Positions 19,360 through 27,744 of a DNA stretch of 37,498 nucleotides are shown here, one piece after another; the stretch's first letter is position 1, and each line of letters opens with the position of its first letter. The position numbers and the translations under genes were made by a program. The stretch comes from a virus (Duplodnaviria > Caudoviricetes). The notes beneath the pieces are model-generated. The model did not search any database and was not told the origin of the DNA. It worked only from the letters and a program-made list of their open reading frames with translations. Location of the stretch: positions 1 to 37,498 of IMG/VR virus record IMGVR_UViG_3300036770_003979; one strand, 5' to 3'.

Positions 19360-20019
19360 TCATCCTCTTGTAAATTTTGGTTCAATTACTTTGTCAATAA
19401 CTCCATGATTGACAGCATCATCGGGTGTTAGATAATAGTCTTTGATAGTGGCATCACTCCAAAACTTCTTATCCTTATTCGAATTATCAGTCATGATTGT
19501 TAGAAGAATATCTTCCAACTTTTCCATATGACGAGCATTAGCTTTCATGTCAGATGACTTACCGTAAAGACCAGTGCTCAATTCATGGAACATGATTGTA
19601 CTATGTTTCGAAGCCGCACGAACTCCCGTTCCTGCACATAAAAGAAGTGCTGCAGCTGACATTGCACGTCCTCGGCAAATTGTATTCACTTTGACATTCA
19701 GTGATTGAATAAAATCAATCATACCGAGTGCCTCATATACGTCACCACCATCTGAATTGATTACAATAGTGACAGGATCATTTTTCTTACTTTCATCCCT
19801 CATATGCATAATTGCCCGTACACGTAAAACTAAATCATACAATGTACCGTCTGCAATATCACCAAACATATAAATGGTAGAAGTCTCAACATCCATACCG
19901 TAATCTATTTGTGAAAGTGCTTCTTTCCACTTTACCGGCAGATCTTCTCCACGTTCTGTTGATTCTTTACTAACCAGTCTGTTTTCGTTCTCTGTTTCAT
20001 CGTCGTAAAATCCTGCCAT
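19360..20019 (-). CDS. clpP: ClpP-family protease (peptidase S14)
   Basis: INSDGGDV, CRGRAMSAAALLL (catalytic Ser), IMFHE (His), KDYYLTPDDAV..GVID (Asp region). Confidence 0.9.
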   Translation of the reverse strand: MAGFYDDETENENRLVSKESTERGEDLPVKWKEALSQIDYGMDVETSTIYMFGDIADGTLYDLVLRVRAIMHMRDESKKNDPVTIVINSDGGDVYEALGMIDFIQSLNVKVNTICRGRAMSAAALLLCAGTGVRAASKHSTIMFHELSTGLYGKSSDMKANARHMEKLEDILLTIMTDNSNKDKKFWSDATIKDYYLTPDDAVNHGVIDKVIEPKFTRG

Positions 20020-20020
20020 A

Positions 20021-20449
20021 TCATTTACTCCTCTTAGTTTTAGAAGACCCTTTCTTAGCTGTTTTTGTTCTAACCGATGTTGGTTTTTTCTTACCAGCTT
20101 GAACCAGCTTAGAAAACTCAGTTGTTATTTTATCGTCGATAGTTGTTTTCTTTTTACGTTCTGTTTTGGTTTCTTTTATTTCAGTCGGTGGTAGTGTTCC
20201 AAACAAATCTTTTTGTAATTCGCCTTTATGGTAAACGTTACCATCTTTGTCAACAAACTCGTTCATAAACTTCCAACCTCTCGGATAGCCAGATGGTTTT
20301 TTCTCTTCGGGTGGTGGTAGTAACATAGCCGTACAACGCCAACACAATACTTTAGTTGCATTTTCATCAACCAAAACTTCTTCGTAACATCTTCTACCTT
20401 TGAAGTACTTACTATCAGTTTCACTATTTTGACAAACTAAGTATTTCAT
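20021..20449 (-). CDS. Cys4 zinc-finger-like protein with Lys-rich tail
   Basis: C-x14-C-x14-C-x2-C, then GYPRGWKFM.EFVDKDGNVYHKG and a basic C-terminus. Confidence 0.65.
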   Translation of the reverse strand: MKYLVCQNSETDSKYFKGRRCYEEVLVDENATKVLCWRCTAMLLPPPEEKKPSGYPRGWKFMNEFVDKDGNVYHKGELQKDLFGTLPPTEIKETKTERKKKTTIDDKITTEFSKLVQAGKKKPTSVRTKTAKKGSSKTKRSK

Positions 20450-21684
20450 ACAGATATACCTCTTTTATACCTTTCAAATGCAGGTGGTGGTGGTGGTGGT
20501 GTATTTTTTTCACTCACCTCATTGATTTCTTGATAGAACTCTTTCTGTTCATCTACCAATGATGAATCCTGTAATATACTACTTATCTCCTTCTTTTTCA
20601 AGCGTTTATTTCGTTTGGGCTTTACTCTCTTTCGAGTTATAACAGGAATACTATTTTCTGTATTGAGTAGTTTGTCTTCTTCTGTTTTAGTCTCAGGTTC
20701 TATTTCAGGTTGTACTACTACATCATTGTTATTCAGAATGATAACAACATCTTTATCCTGTAACTCGTCTATTTGTTCAGACTCTTTTTCCAAAACCTCA
20801 TCTTGAAAAAAATCGGGTTCCTCCAACGGTGGATCCGTTTCAATCTCCTGACCTATTTGAGAAAGTTCATCTAAGGTTTGTTTTTGTTTTTCCTTATGTC
20901 TCAGGTGATTAGCAGCAACAACTAAACTAACTGCAAGTGGGTCAAACACTACAACGAGGATAAGAATAAACCAATTCACAACAACGTCCATTGGAACACC
21001 AGTTATTCTACTAAGATAAAGTAATGGTCCAAGTTCCGATGAGAATGTTTCGTTATTCAGAGTTAGTTTTGTTTGTTCTATCGCAGCAATAGAATCTGAA
21101 AGTGCAAATGACTTCTGAGTAAGTGTGGAAATATCGTTGTTGATTGTTTCCGATGACTTATCAATAGAAGACATATTCTTTGATAAAGACCACGTTCCTT
21201 TGTTCTTGGACAGTTGTTCTGTGTAAGCATTTTGTTGGGATACACGAACTTGGTCAAGTGATTTCAATCGATTACTTTTTTCTTCTACCGCCTTATCAAT
21301 CTGAACCTTCTGATCCTCGAACAGTTTTTTCTTTTGATCGAGAAGAGTTATTTCATTCTGTGTTTTGTAAATAACCTTTGCGGTTTCTTGATACGAGTTA
21401 GTCAGGTAGCCATAAACACCGATAGATGTTATAGCCATCAGAACTATCGCGGAAGAAAGAAGATATGCTTTGAATGCAAGTTTTAGTGTCTTGAAGTGAT
21501 CGTGTAAAAAGGTTACAACAACAAGTTTGGAAAATTCCAACATTGCCGCCATACCAATAATTGACCAAGAACCACCTGCAAAGAGTTTAGATATTCCAAA
21601 TACTGAGTAGTATCCAGAGAAAGCTGCCAATCCAATCGCACAAAACCAAATAAGATTTTTGAGGTTGAATATTTTAGATGACAT
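20446..21684 (-). CDS. Integral membrane protein with long coiled coil and disordered C-terminus
   Basis: Three N-terminal hydrophobic helices (SVFGISKLF, LEFSKLV, TSIGVYGYL), a coiled coil, then ELGPL.Y...VVNWFILILVVVFDPLAVSL TM helix and an acidic/Pro tail. Confidence 0.7.
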   Translation of the reverse strand: MSSKIFNLKNLIWFCAIGLAAFSGYYSVFGISKLFAGGSWSIIGMAAMLEFSKLVVVTFLHDHFKTLKLAFKAYLLSSAIVLMAITSIGVYGYLTNSYQETAKVIYKTQNEITLLDQKKKLFEDQKVQIDKAVEEKSNRLKSLDQVRVSQQNAYTEQLSKNKGTWSLSKNMSSIDKSSETINNDISTLTQKSFALSDSIAAIEQTKLTLNNETFSSELGPLLYLSRITGVPMDVVVNWFILILVVVFDPLAVSLVVAANHLRHKEKQKQTLDELSQIGQEIETDPPLEEPDFFQDEVLEKESEQIDELQDKDVVIILNNNDVVVQPEIEPETKTEEDKLLNTENSIPVITRKRVKPKRNKRLKKKEISSILQDSSLVDEQKEFYQEINEVSEKNTPPPPPPAFERYKRGISV

Positions 21685-22591
21685 CCATGTTTCCCATTGT
21701 TTTACGATATTCTAGTAGTGCCAGTTCTTTAGCTTTACATTCCAACATGACATCTACGTCATGACCATAAGTATCTATTTTCTCCAAAATGTAGTCCGCG
21801 TGAGCCTGTGGTTTGTCTTTTGGATTACCGGTTTCCTTTGGTTTAGATGATGAGTAATGAACTACGGGGATGATACCATCACGCCACGTTGAAATGGCAA
21901 GTTCAAGGGCTTCTTGTTCAGACAAACCACCTGTATTGAACGTATGGTGGTGATAATCAAATACGATTGGAATACCGATACGTTCATGAATATACATCAG
22001 GTCTTTCACACTATACATACTAGCTTTGTCATCATTCTCAACCGTAAGACGAGATTTGACAGAGTGTGACAATCTGTCATAGTTGTCACAAAAACGTTGC
22101 ATAGATGCAATTTTATCACCATATACACCGTTACAATGGATGTTTATCTTGTTGAATGGTGAGTTGTAGAGTCCTAATAAATCAAGAACCTTACCGTGTA
22201 GCTCAAGGTCTGTAATAGAATTCTGAACTACCTTTTCGTTGGTCGAACAAAGAACGTTGAATGGGCCTGGATGACACCCTAAACGGACACCATGAAGTTT
22301 TGCATACTCACCCGTGCGTTTCATCACCTCACTAATTTCATCGATGTTAGGGAGGTTTTCTATACCGTATTCCGATGCCCACGGGAACATATCGGACGAT
22401 ATACGAAATAGTTTGATGTTGTTTTCTACGTTCCAATGGATGATGGTCTCCAAGTCTTTGACATTTTGAAGTCCAAGTTCAGCGGCATAATTGATACCAC
22501 GTTGGAGAAATGTTTTCTTTATCATTGACCGATTGGTGGTGATTTTTTTCTTACCAAGAGTCATATTGATACAGGCATAACCGAGGTTCAT
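21674..22591 (-). CDS. uvsE: UV DNA damage endonuclease UvsE/UVDE
   Basis: LGYACIN, LFRISSDMFPWAS, HPGPFNVL, INIH, RLTVENDDK, IPIVFDYHHH, AHADY, DVMLECKAKE. Start moved to ATG 22591 (AGGA RBS). Confidence 0.95.
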   Translation of the reverse strand: MNLGYACINMTLGKKKITTNRSMIKKTFLQRGINYAAELGLQNVKDLETIIHWNVENNIKLFRISSDMFPWASEYGIENLPNIDEISEVMKRTGEYAKLHGVRLGCHPGPFNVLCSTNEKVVQNSITDLELHGKVLDLLGLYNSPFNKINIHCNGVYGDKIASMQRFCDNYDRLSHSVKSRLTVENDDKASMYSVKDLMYIHERIGIPIVFDYHHHTFNTGGLSEQEALELAISTWRDGIIPVVHYSSSKPKETGNPKDKPQAHADYILEKIDTYGHDVDVMLECKAKELALLEYRKTMGNMDVI

Positions 22592-22619
22592 AACAATCCT
22601 ATGATGAATAATGTGAGTT

Positions 22620-22650
22620 CTAATATAAGGAAAAAAACAATGGGAAACAA
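22620..22650 (-). promoter_or_regulatory. Host-RNAP-type promoter for uvsE (TTG-N20-TATATTAG)
   Basis: Same 20-nt spacing as five other intergenic copies. Confidence 0.6.
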
Positions 22651-22670
22651 GAAAAATCTTGTCTCCCATT
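22631..22670 (-). terminator. Rho-independent terminator after the FISUMP gene
   Basis: Minus-strand AAUGGGAGACAAGA-UUUU-UCUUGUUUCCCAUU (14 bp with one G-U) followed by G and a U tract. Confidence 0.7.
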
Positions 22671-22696
22671 CAAGAATTTCAAACTAATAGTTACAA

Positions 22697-23332
22697 TTAG
22701 CCCCAGTTCTCACTTGGTTTGAATCCAACACTTCCTGTCCACTCACCATCCGATATAAGTCGTATAGATAGACCCATAATCTGTGGTGTGAGTACTGATA
22801 TAGCATTACGATTTTGCCAATAGAGTTTGTATGCGTAAGCATCATTTGCGGATGCTGAAGTACTTGACCACCAGTTTCCACTCCATGTGAGATCGAAAAA
22901 TTCACCACCAACTGTAACAAATCCACCAGGATTACCTTTCCATCCAGATGAGTTAGAACCATTACCAGAAATACGTGTAAGTGTTCCCCAATTTTCAGTA
23001 TTCTTCATTGCAAATCCAGCTGCACGTGTACCACCTAAATAGGTTATGAGTGTGTTATAGTCATCTGCGGTTGGAACTTTAAATTGAGGGTTCTCAGTTA
23101 TTGGATGTGCTGTAAGGGAAGCACTTACAACGTACCAGTTATACAGTTTCCCATATGTACTGGCATTTCTATCACTATTGTCATAGTATCTCCATGCCGG
23201 TGTACTATTGCTACAATAGTCTATCCATTGCTGAGATGAAGACGCTTCTGGTATTGGTGTTCCATCTCCAAACGCATCAACATCAAGATTTTGATCATCC
23301 CAGTCTTGGGTTCCAATAGTTACAATTGCCAT
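22697..23332 (-). CDS. FISUMP (Fibrobacter succinogenes major paralogous domain) protein
   Basis: VTIGTQ.W..QNL.V..F.DG.PIP, PAW.YYDN, YGKLYNWY.V, VP...DY..L..YLGG, NSSGW.G.PGG, WWSST, G.SIRLI. Start moved to MAIV (GGAG RBS). Confidence 0.85.
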   Translation of the reverse strand: MAIVTIGTQDWDDQNLDVDAFGDGTPIPEASSSQQWIDYCSNSTPAWRYYDNSDRNASTYGKLYNWYVVSASLTAHPITENPQFKVPTADDYNTLITYLGGTRAAGFAMKNTENWGTLTRISGNGSNSSGWKGNPGGFVTVGGEFFDLTWSGNWWSSTSASANDAYAYKLYWQNRNAISVLTPQIMGLSIRLISDGEWTGSVGFKPSENWG

Positions 23333-23373
23333 GAATATCTCCAACAGTTCAAGAAAAAAAATATCTTACTGAC

Positions 23374-23381
23374 TATAAATA
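23374..23381 (-). promoter_or_regulatory. Putative late promoter TATTTATA
   Basis: Intergenic, directly after the hsp20 terminator and about 42 nt upstream of the FISUMP start. Confidence 0.6.
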
Positions 23382-23383
23382 TG

Positions 23384-23418
23384 AATGAAAACGGGAAACC
23401 ATTTCTGATTTCCCGTTT
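23384..23418 (-). terminator. Rho-independent terminator after hsp20
   Basis: Minus-strand AAACGGGAAAUCA-GAAA-UGGUUUCCCGUUU hairpin with a GNRA loop and U-rich tail. Confidence 0.75.
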
Positions 23419-23435
23419 GGTGTTTATGTTTTTCC

Positions 23436-23957
23436 TCAATCTACTTTGATATACTTGACCGTATTTTCAATCCGTTTTACTTCAACCTTTGGGATTGAAA
23501 TTGTCAATACACCGTTCTCGTGTTTTGCAGAAACTGAATCGAAGTCGTATTGGGTGTGGTTATTGATAACAAATGTACGTTCGAAATACGAGTGTTTCAA
23601 CTCACGAAGAAGATACCTAATGTTATCATCTCGTTTTTCAGCTTCCTTCTTACCAGCAATAGTAAGAATCTTTGCTACGTCACCATCATAGTTTGCATTC
23701 AGGTATTCCTGATCCTTGATGGAGATTGTAACCTCGTCCTTTGTGAGTCCAGCAATTTCTGCAACAAATTTGATTTCAGTATCTGTTTCAAGAATGTTGA
23801 CCTTTGGGTAAGATGCCTTTTGAATTGCATCTACTCCAAATGTTTTCCTAAACTCAGGAAATGCAGTTGAAATCAAATTGTCAAATAACCTATCGGTTGG
23901 AAGGAACGGTTCGTTCCATAGTGAGGATGGCAATTGTGCCAGTTCATATCTTTTCAT
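23436..23957 (-). CDS. hsp20: Small heat shock protein (Hsp20/alpha-crystallin)
   Basis: YPKVNILE, AEIAGLTKDEVTI, LTIAG, RE....FERTF, VSAKHENGVLTISIPK. Confidence 0.93.
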   Translation of the reverse strand: MKRYELAQLPSSLWNEPFLPTDRLFDNLISTAFPEFRKTFGVDAIQKASYPKVNILETDTEIKFVAEIAGLTKDEVTISIKDQEYLNANYDGDVAKILTIAGKKEAEKRDDNIRYLLRELKHSYFERTFVINNHTQYDFDSVSAKHENGVLTISIPKVEVKRIENTVKYIKVD

Positions 23958-23998
23958 ATTGAACTCCTATAAATTGAACAATCAGTTAGACTTGTTAT

Positions 23999-24037
23999 TA
24001 CCGACCCAACATAGGCGTCGGTACTTTCGTATAAGTA
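23999..24037 (-). promoter_or_regulatory. Late-type motif TACTTATA (24030-24037) followed by a 5' leader hairpin (23999-24023) of hsp20
   Basis: UACCGAC-G-CC-UAUGUU-GG-GUCGGUA stem-loop starting 6 nt after the motif. Confidence 0.5.
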
Positions 24038-24045
24038 GTTCTTAG

Positions 24046-24357
24046 TTAGTTATTGTTGTTTTTAGGTTTTCTACCACGACCAGATTTTCCATTTTGATCA
24101 CCTTTTCTAGAGGCACCATTACTTCGTTGATCATCATTAGCATTCTTTTTGGGACGGTTGCTATAGCGTTTCTTTTTAGTCTGAGTAGCTTTGTCAGTGT
24201 TGGTGGGTGCTTCAATATGAACACGAAGGCTATTTATTACCGCGTTCTTGTCTTCTAATGTTTCGGTGAGTGAACTAATTTGTCTACGATTGTAGAACCA
24301 AAACCCAACACCCGAAACAATAGCCGTGATCAAAACTATAAGTAAAGTAAGAGACAT
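24046..24357 (-). CDS. Membrane-anchored protein with basic disordered tail
   Basis: Start moved to MSLTLL (GAGG RBS); TM helix, short coiled coil and K/R/N-rich tail ending GRGRKPK. Confidence 0.7.
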   Translation of the reverse strand: MSLTLLIVLITAIVSGVGFWFYNRRQISSLTETLEDKNAVINSLRVHIEAPTNTDKATQTKKKRYSNRPKKNANDDQRSNGASRKGDQNGKSGRGRKPKNNNN

Positions 24358-24368
24358 AACATTTCCTC

Positions 24369-24917
24369 TCAATATTTGAAAATACAATAAACGTAGTTGT
24401 TATCGTTTACTTTTTTGATGGTTACTTTACCATAAGTATTGGTGAACGTAACAAAAAAGTAAAGCGTTGAATACATAAACGAATCACTAAGGTTTGGTTT
24501 CAGTGTGAAAATCACACCCTTGTTCGCAATAGACATTGCGTTTTCAATAACTGAAGTGACATAATCATGTTGAAATTCACCATACAGGTGTTTATCAAAT
24601 ACACCAGTTATTACGACCCAATCCTTTTTGTCTGGTTCTGAATCGATGTAAGCTTGCAAGGATGTTTCAACAAATAATACATTATCATCTACAAACTTAT
24701 CTTTCAAGGTCTCGACCTTCGTTGGATCCGCGTCAACCGCTATAAAAGAACCAGGTTCAGTTATCGTCGTATATTCCAAATACGTCTCTATGAATTTTCC
24801 GGATTCATTTCCGGATCCGAAATTCAAAACAGAATCTTCGTCGAGTATTCCACAGTTTATAATCTCATCGTAAATAGTTAACTCATCCATAGCATTAGTC
24901 ATTGTTGTAGTATCCAT
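24369..24917 (-). CDS. Class I SAM-methyltransferase-like protein (divergent)
   Basis: SVLNFGSG (motif I variant), FIAVDAD (motif II), DWVVITGVF, KGVIF. Confidence 0.5.
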   Translation of the reverse strand: MDTTTMTNAMDELTIYDEIINCGILDEDSVLNFGSGNESGKFIETYLEYTTITEPGSFIAVDADPTKVETLKDKFVDDNVLFVETSLQAYIDSEPDKKDWVVITGVFDKHLYGEFQHDYVTSVIENAMSIANKGVIFTLKPNLSDSFMYSTLYFFVTFTNTYGKVTIKKVNDNNYVYCIFKY

Positions 24918-25206
24918 AAAAATCCATTGTCTTTTTTCTTCTACGATTGATACGCTTCTTCGTATCGGTTGATGAACAATGTTCAGTCCTCATCGGATGT
25001 GTTCTATTGAAATTTTGTGTCATCTTCAAACTCAACTCAGCCATTTCCCATGCCCTATGTGGGTCTTTAGTCGGGGGAAGTAGATGCTCTTCCGATAGAT
25101 TCACTCCATTTACGTCAATATACAAATTTTTTTCCGAATCGAAAAGCATTTTTGCGTTAGGTAACTTCTTCAGTACTCTCTTCATAATCTTTTCAGTCTC
25201 TACCAT
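24895..25206 (-). CDS. Hypothetical protein
   Basis: 103 aa, GAGG RBS, overlaps neighbours in the operon; QNFNRTHP motif, basic tail. Confidence 0.7.
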   Translation of the reverse strand: MVETEKIMKRVLKKLPNAKMLFDSEKNLYIDVNGVNLSEEHLLPPTKDPHRAWEMAELSLKMTQNFNRTHPMRTEHCSSTDTKKRINRRRKKTMDFYGYYNND

Positions 25207-25444
25207 AACTGTTTCCTCTAATTACTTTGTGGTATTTATTTCTAACAGTAACAATACTATTTTGTATTACTTCACATTTTTCAAACTCATCGTTCTCAAG
25301 AAAGTAGATGTACATATCATATAGTTCATCTAACTTTTGAAAGTCAGTCATCGAAGTCATTTCAATGTAGTAGTTTGGATTTTGTTCCAACATTTCCCAA
25401 TTGAAATTCAGGGACTCTTCGTAAAACTTCTTTACGTCTCCCAT
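25193..25444 (-). CDS. Hypothetical acidic protein
   Basis: 83 aa, coupled to thyX; C-terminal YFLENDEFEKCEVI resembles a UVR-like helix pair. Confidence 0.7.
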   Translation of the reverse strand: MGDVKKFYEESLNFNWEMLEQNPNYYIEMTSMTDFQKLDELYDMYIYFLENDEFEKCEVIQNSIVTVRNKYHKVIRGNSYGRD

Positions 25445-26118
25445 CCAATTGCCTCGGAAATGTTCGGGAAGTTCTGTGTGAAAATGTCACGTATTCCGTT
25501 TGCAATATCTCTATGTTCTTTCTGTGTATCCTCAGCGGTTCTCAGTTCAAGATAGTGGATCCAGGATCGTAGTGAACCTTTCATATACATCGTTGTTTCA
25601 GTTGCAAGAGGAAGAACATCACGAGCAACTTCACGAGCAACACCAGCAGTTATCAATTCGGAATACAGTCTCATAGAAGATTGTAAGAAGTCACTAACCG
25701 CATCAGATGCTTTGACTTCTCCACCAACTTTATAGTTGGACAAAATAGATCCAGATAACATAGGATCAAATGATTCTGCGGAGGATTGACGATTCTTATC
25801 TGCCTGTTTACGAAGTTCAACTTCTTGAACAGATGTAGCAGAAGAATATCGTTGTGAAAATTCTTGGAACGAGAATGACTTATGACGAAGAATTTGTGCA
25901 GCGATAGAACGTCTTGTTACGATTTCCACGGTCATATCAACGAACTCAAACGGAGACCAATGCTTGTGTTTGATGAGATAGTTGATAAGACGTGGGGCTG
26001 TCTCTACATTCATCTGATTCGATGGATTAGATACACGAGCGATATAAACAACAAACTCTTCTGGTGTCATCTCTTTTTCGAGTGACGGGTGTGTAATTGA
26101 AACCAACTTTACTGACAT
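25432..26118 (-). CDS. thyX: FAD-dependent thymidylate synthase ThyX
   Basis: ARVSNP, HWSPFE, RSIAAQILRHKSFSFQEFSQRY (RHx8S signature), EVARDVLP, GSLRSWIHY, TQKEHR. Confidence 0.97.
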   Translation of the reverse strand: MSVKLVSITHPSLEKEMTPEEFVVYIARVSNPSNQMNVETAPRLINYLIKHKHWSPFEFVDMTVEIVTRRSIAAQILRHKSFSFQEFSQRYSSATSVQEVELRKQADKNRQSSAESFDPMLSGSILSNYKVGGEVKASDAVSDFLQSSMRLYSELITAGVAREVARDVLPLATETTMYMKGSLRSWIHYLELRTAEDTQKEHRDIANGIRDIFTQNFPNISEAIGWET

Positions 26119-26313
26119 TTATTCCTCGCCTTCTTCAAATTCCATTTCAAAGTTATCGTCTTCTTCTTGAAGTTGGAATTGGTTTAGATTGATTTTGTTT
26201 TCTTTTCGACCTTTGTTTCGGTCATAAGAATCTAATTTTCTTTCCTTGAACATTTCATATCCGTCTTCAAACCGATCGGATTTCTTCGTGTGGTGTCTGT
26301 AATCTCGTCCCAT
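26119..26313 (-). CDS. Small charged hypothetical protein
   Basis: 64 aa with a basic N-half and acidic C-terminus; first gene after the promoter at 26350-26380. Confidence 0.7.
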   Translation of the reverse strand: MGRDYRHHTKKSDRFEDGYEMFKERKLDSYDRNKGRKENKINLNQFQLQEEDDNFEMEFEEGEE

Positions 26314-26349
26314 AATACGTTGTATTGTTGATGAATTTGAGTTATGTTA

Positions 26350-26380
26350 TAAAGCTACGAAAAAGTTAGAAGATTTCCAA
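26350..26380 (-). promoter_or_regulatory. Host-RNAP-type promoter (TTG-N20-TAGCTTTA) for the thyX operon
   Basis: Conserved 20-nt spacing; TTGGAA upstream element as in other copies. Confidence 0.6.
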
Positions 26381-26752
26381 ACCAAATTTTTGAACAAACT
26401 TCTTTATTTCATCTAACTTTTCATATCGTTCTGCATCTAAAAGTCGCTTGGTATATCCCGATAGAATTTTCTGAAAGTTATCTCTTCTAATAAGAACATC
26501 TATTTGTGATTGACCTTGTACTAAAATAGAAGCAACTATCATCGATTCTATATCGTTTTCTAAACAATCAACCATCGCAAGATACACTTTATCGGATAGT
26601 GAGAAATTCAGTTTGTCATCTGCTGCCCATTCCAACATCGATTCACTACTGTTGAATTCCAGTGTCTCATGAAAATGCCAAAGTGGTATTTCACTGAGTT
26701 GGTCATTAGGGTTGGAGTAATCGCTTTTTGACATATCCTGAAATTGTCTCAT
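26366..26752 (-). CDS. Hypothetical protein
   Basis: 128 aa (true start possibly MSKSDY at 26734); C-terminal ERYEKLDEIK. Confidence 0.7.
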   Translation of the reverse strand: MRQFQDMSKSDYSNPNDQLSEIPLWHFHETLEFNSSESMLEWAADDKLNFSLSDKVYLAMVDCLENDIESMIVASILVQGQSQIDVLIRRDNFQKILSGYTKRLLDAERYEKLDEIKKFVQKFGLEIF

Positions 26753-26984
26753 AGTAATCTTTTTTTTCTGGACTTTGTTTTATAGCACTATTGAGGTACT
26801 CATCTATCAATTCTTCAGTTAGATTGTTATTTCTTGTTATCTTGTACTGGCTTATTATGTTCTCAGTAACTTCTATAGCAGCACTAACATGAAATTCATC
26901 ATAGTCAGAGAATTCAATATTGTACCCATTCAATATGTGTTCCAAGTTGAATAGCCATTCGATATAGTTACTTTTTCTTTCCAC
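26706..26984 (-). CDS. Hypothetical protein
   Basis: 92 aa with GAGG RBS, in a packed minus-strand operon. Confidence 0.65.
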   Translation of the reverse strand: MERKSNYIEWLFNLEHILNGYNIEFSDYDEFHVSAAIEVTENIISQYKITRNNNLTEELIDEYLNSAIKQSPEKKDYYETISGYVKKRLLQP

Positions 26985-27450
26985 CTCGTTTCGATTTTAT
27001 TTTTTGAAGTTTGATGTGAGTGATATTACCCTCTTCGGAAATCACAACCTTATGGTCTGCCGAATACAACAGGTCTGTCATCCAATCTAAAAACTTCTCT
27101 ATTTCAGGGTTTATGTTCAATCCCTGTGGTTGTCTTGAACCAAAATCAAAAGGAGGTTTGAAATTATTGAAGAACGGGTTTTGTTTGTCACCCGTGTCAG
27201 ATTTCCCATCTGCTTCATCTTTCAATGAATCAAAAAAAGGATCTTTATCTTCTTCATTGTCTATATCATCGGTTTGTTTGTCTCGAATTTTCTTTACGAT
27301 CTCTTCTACTGTATAACCATCATAGATGGAATTGAACTTATCAAAAAAGTTCTTTGCATCTTGCTTAGTCATCTTTTCATTACGTGTTCCACCCATGTCT
27401 ATTTCAAAATAGTTCAACATGGATTTCAGTTGTCTTTCACGCTTTGTCAT
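26968..27450 (-). CDS. Hypothetical protein
   Basis: 160 aa, overlapping neighbours; DPFF/NPFF/PPF repeats in an acidic linker. Confidence 0.7.
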   Translation of the reverse strand: MTKRERQLKSMLNYFEIDMGGTRNEKMTKQDAKNFFDKFNSIYDGYTVEEIVKKIRDKQTDDIDNEEDKDPFFDSLKDEADGKSDTGDKQNPFFNNFKPPFDFGSRQPQGLNINPEIEKFLDWMTDLLYSADHKVVISEEGNITHIKLQKIKSKRGGKKK

Positions 27451-27700
27451 TTTTGTCTTTCTTCATAAGTGTACTTAGAACTTCTTCATACTCATAGTGT
27501 CCATCTCTAATTCTCATAAGAGAAAATTCTTTTATCTCTTTCTTCAACTTTGAAGATGAACAAACCTCAGCCATTCTAACAACAGATTCTTTTTTTGGAC
27601 ACTTACTTTGAAAGTAGACAGGAAGAAAATCATCCCTCGTAAGAAACCAAAAGCTAAAGAACCCTAATAAGAAAACTACGATAAATTCCACTGAAAACAC
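27437..27700 (-). CDS. Small membrane-anchored hypothetical protein
   Basis: N-terminal hydrophobic helix; GTG start; late-like TATTTATT at 27729-27736 upstream. Confidence 0.6.
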   Translation of the reverse strand: MFSVEFIVVFLLGFFSFWFLTRDDFLPVYFQSKCPKKESVVRMAEVCSSSKLKKEIKEFSLMRIRDGHYEYEEVLSTLMKKDKNDKA

Positions 27701-27744
27701 CTCGGTTATGACGTAAGTTAGTTACAAGAATAAATAGTAGTTGT

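Noticed and set aside
20483-20500. (GGT)6 simple repeat as a phase-variation tract
   Set aside because: It is an in-frame triplet encoding polyproline in a disordered tail, so slippage would not shift the frame.
22592-22669. 26-aa N-terminal extension of UvsE in the ORF track
   Set aside because: It runs through a promoter and terminator; family similarity starts at MNLGYAC, which has its own AGGA RBS.
22697-22830. FISUMP C-terminus as a DGR variable region
   Set aside because: No reverse transcriptase and no template repeat seen in this window; this cannot be excluded for the rest of the genome.
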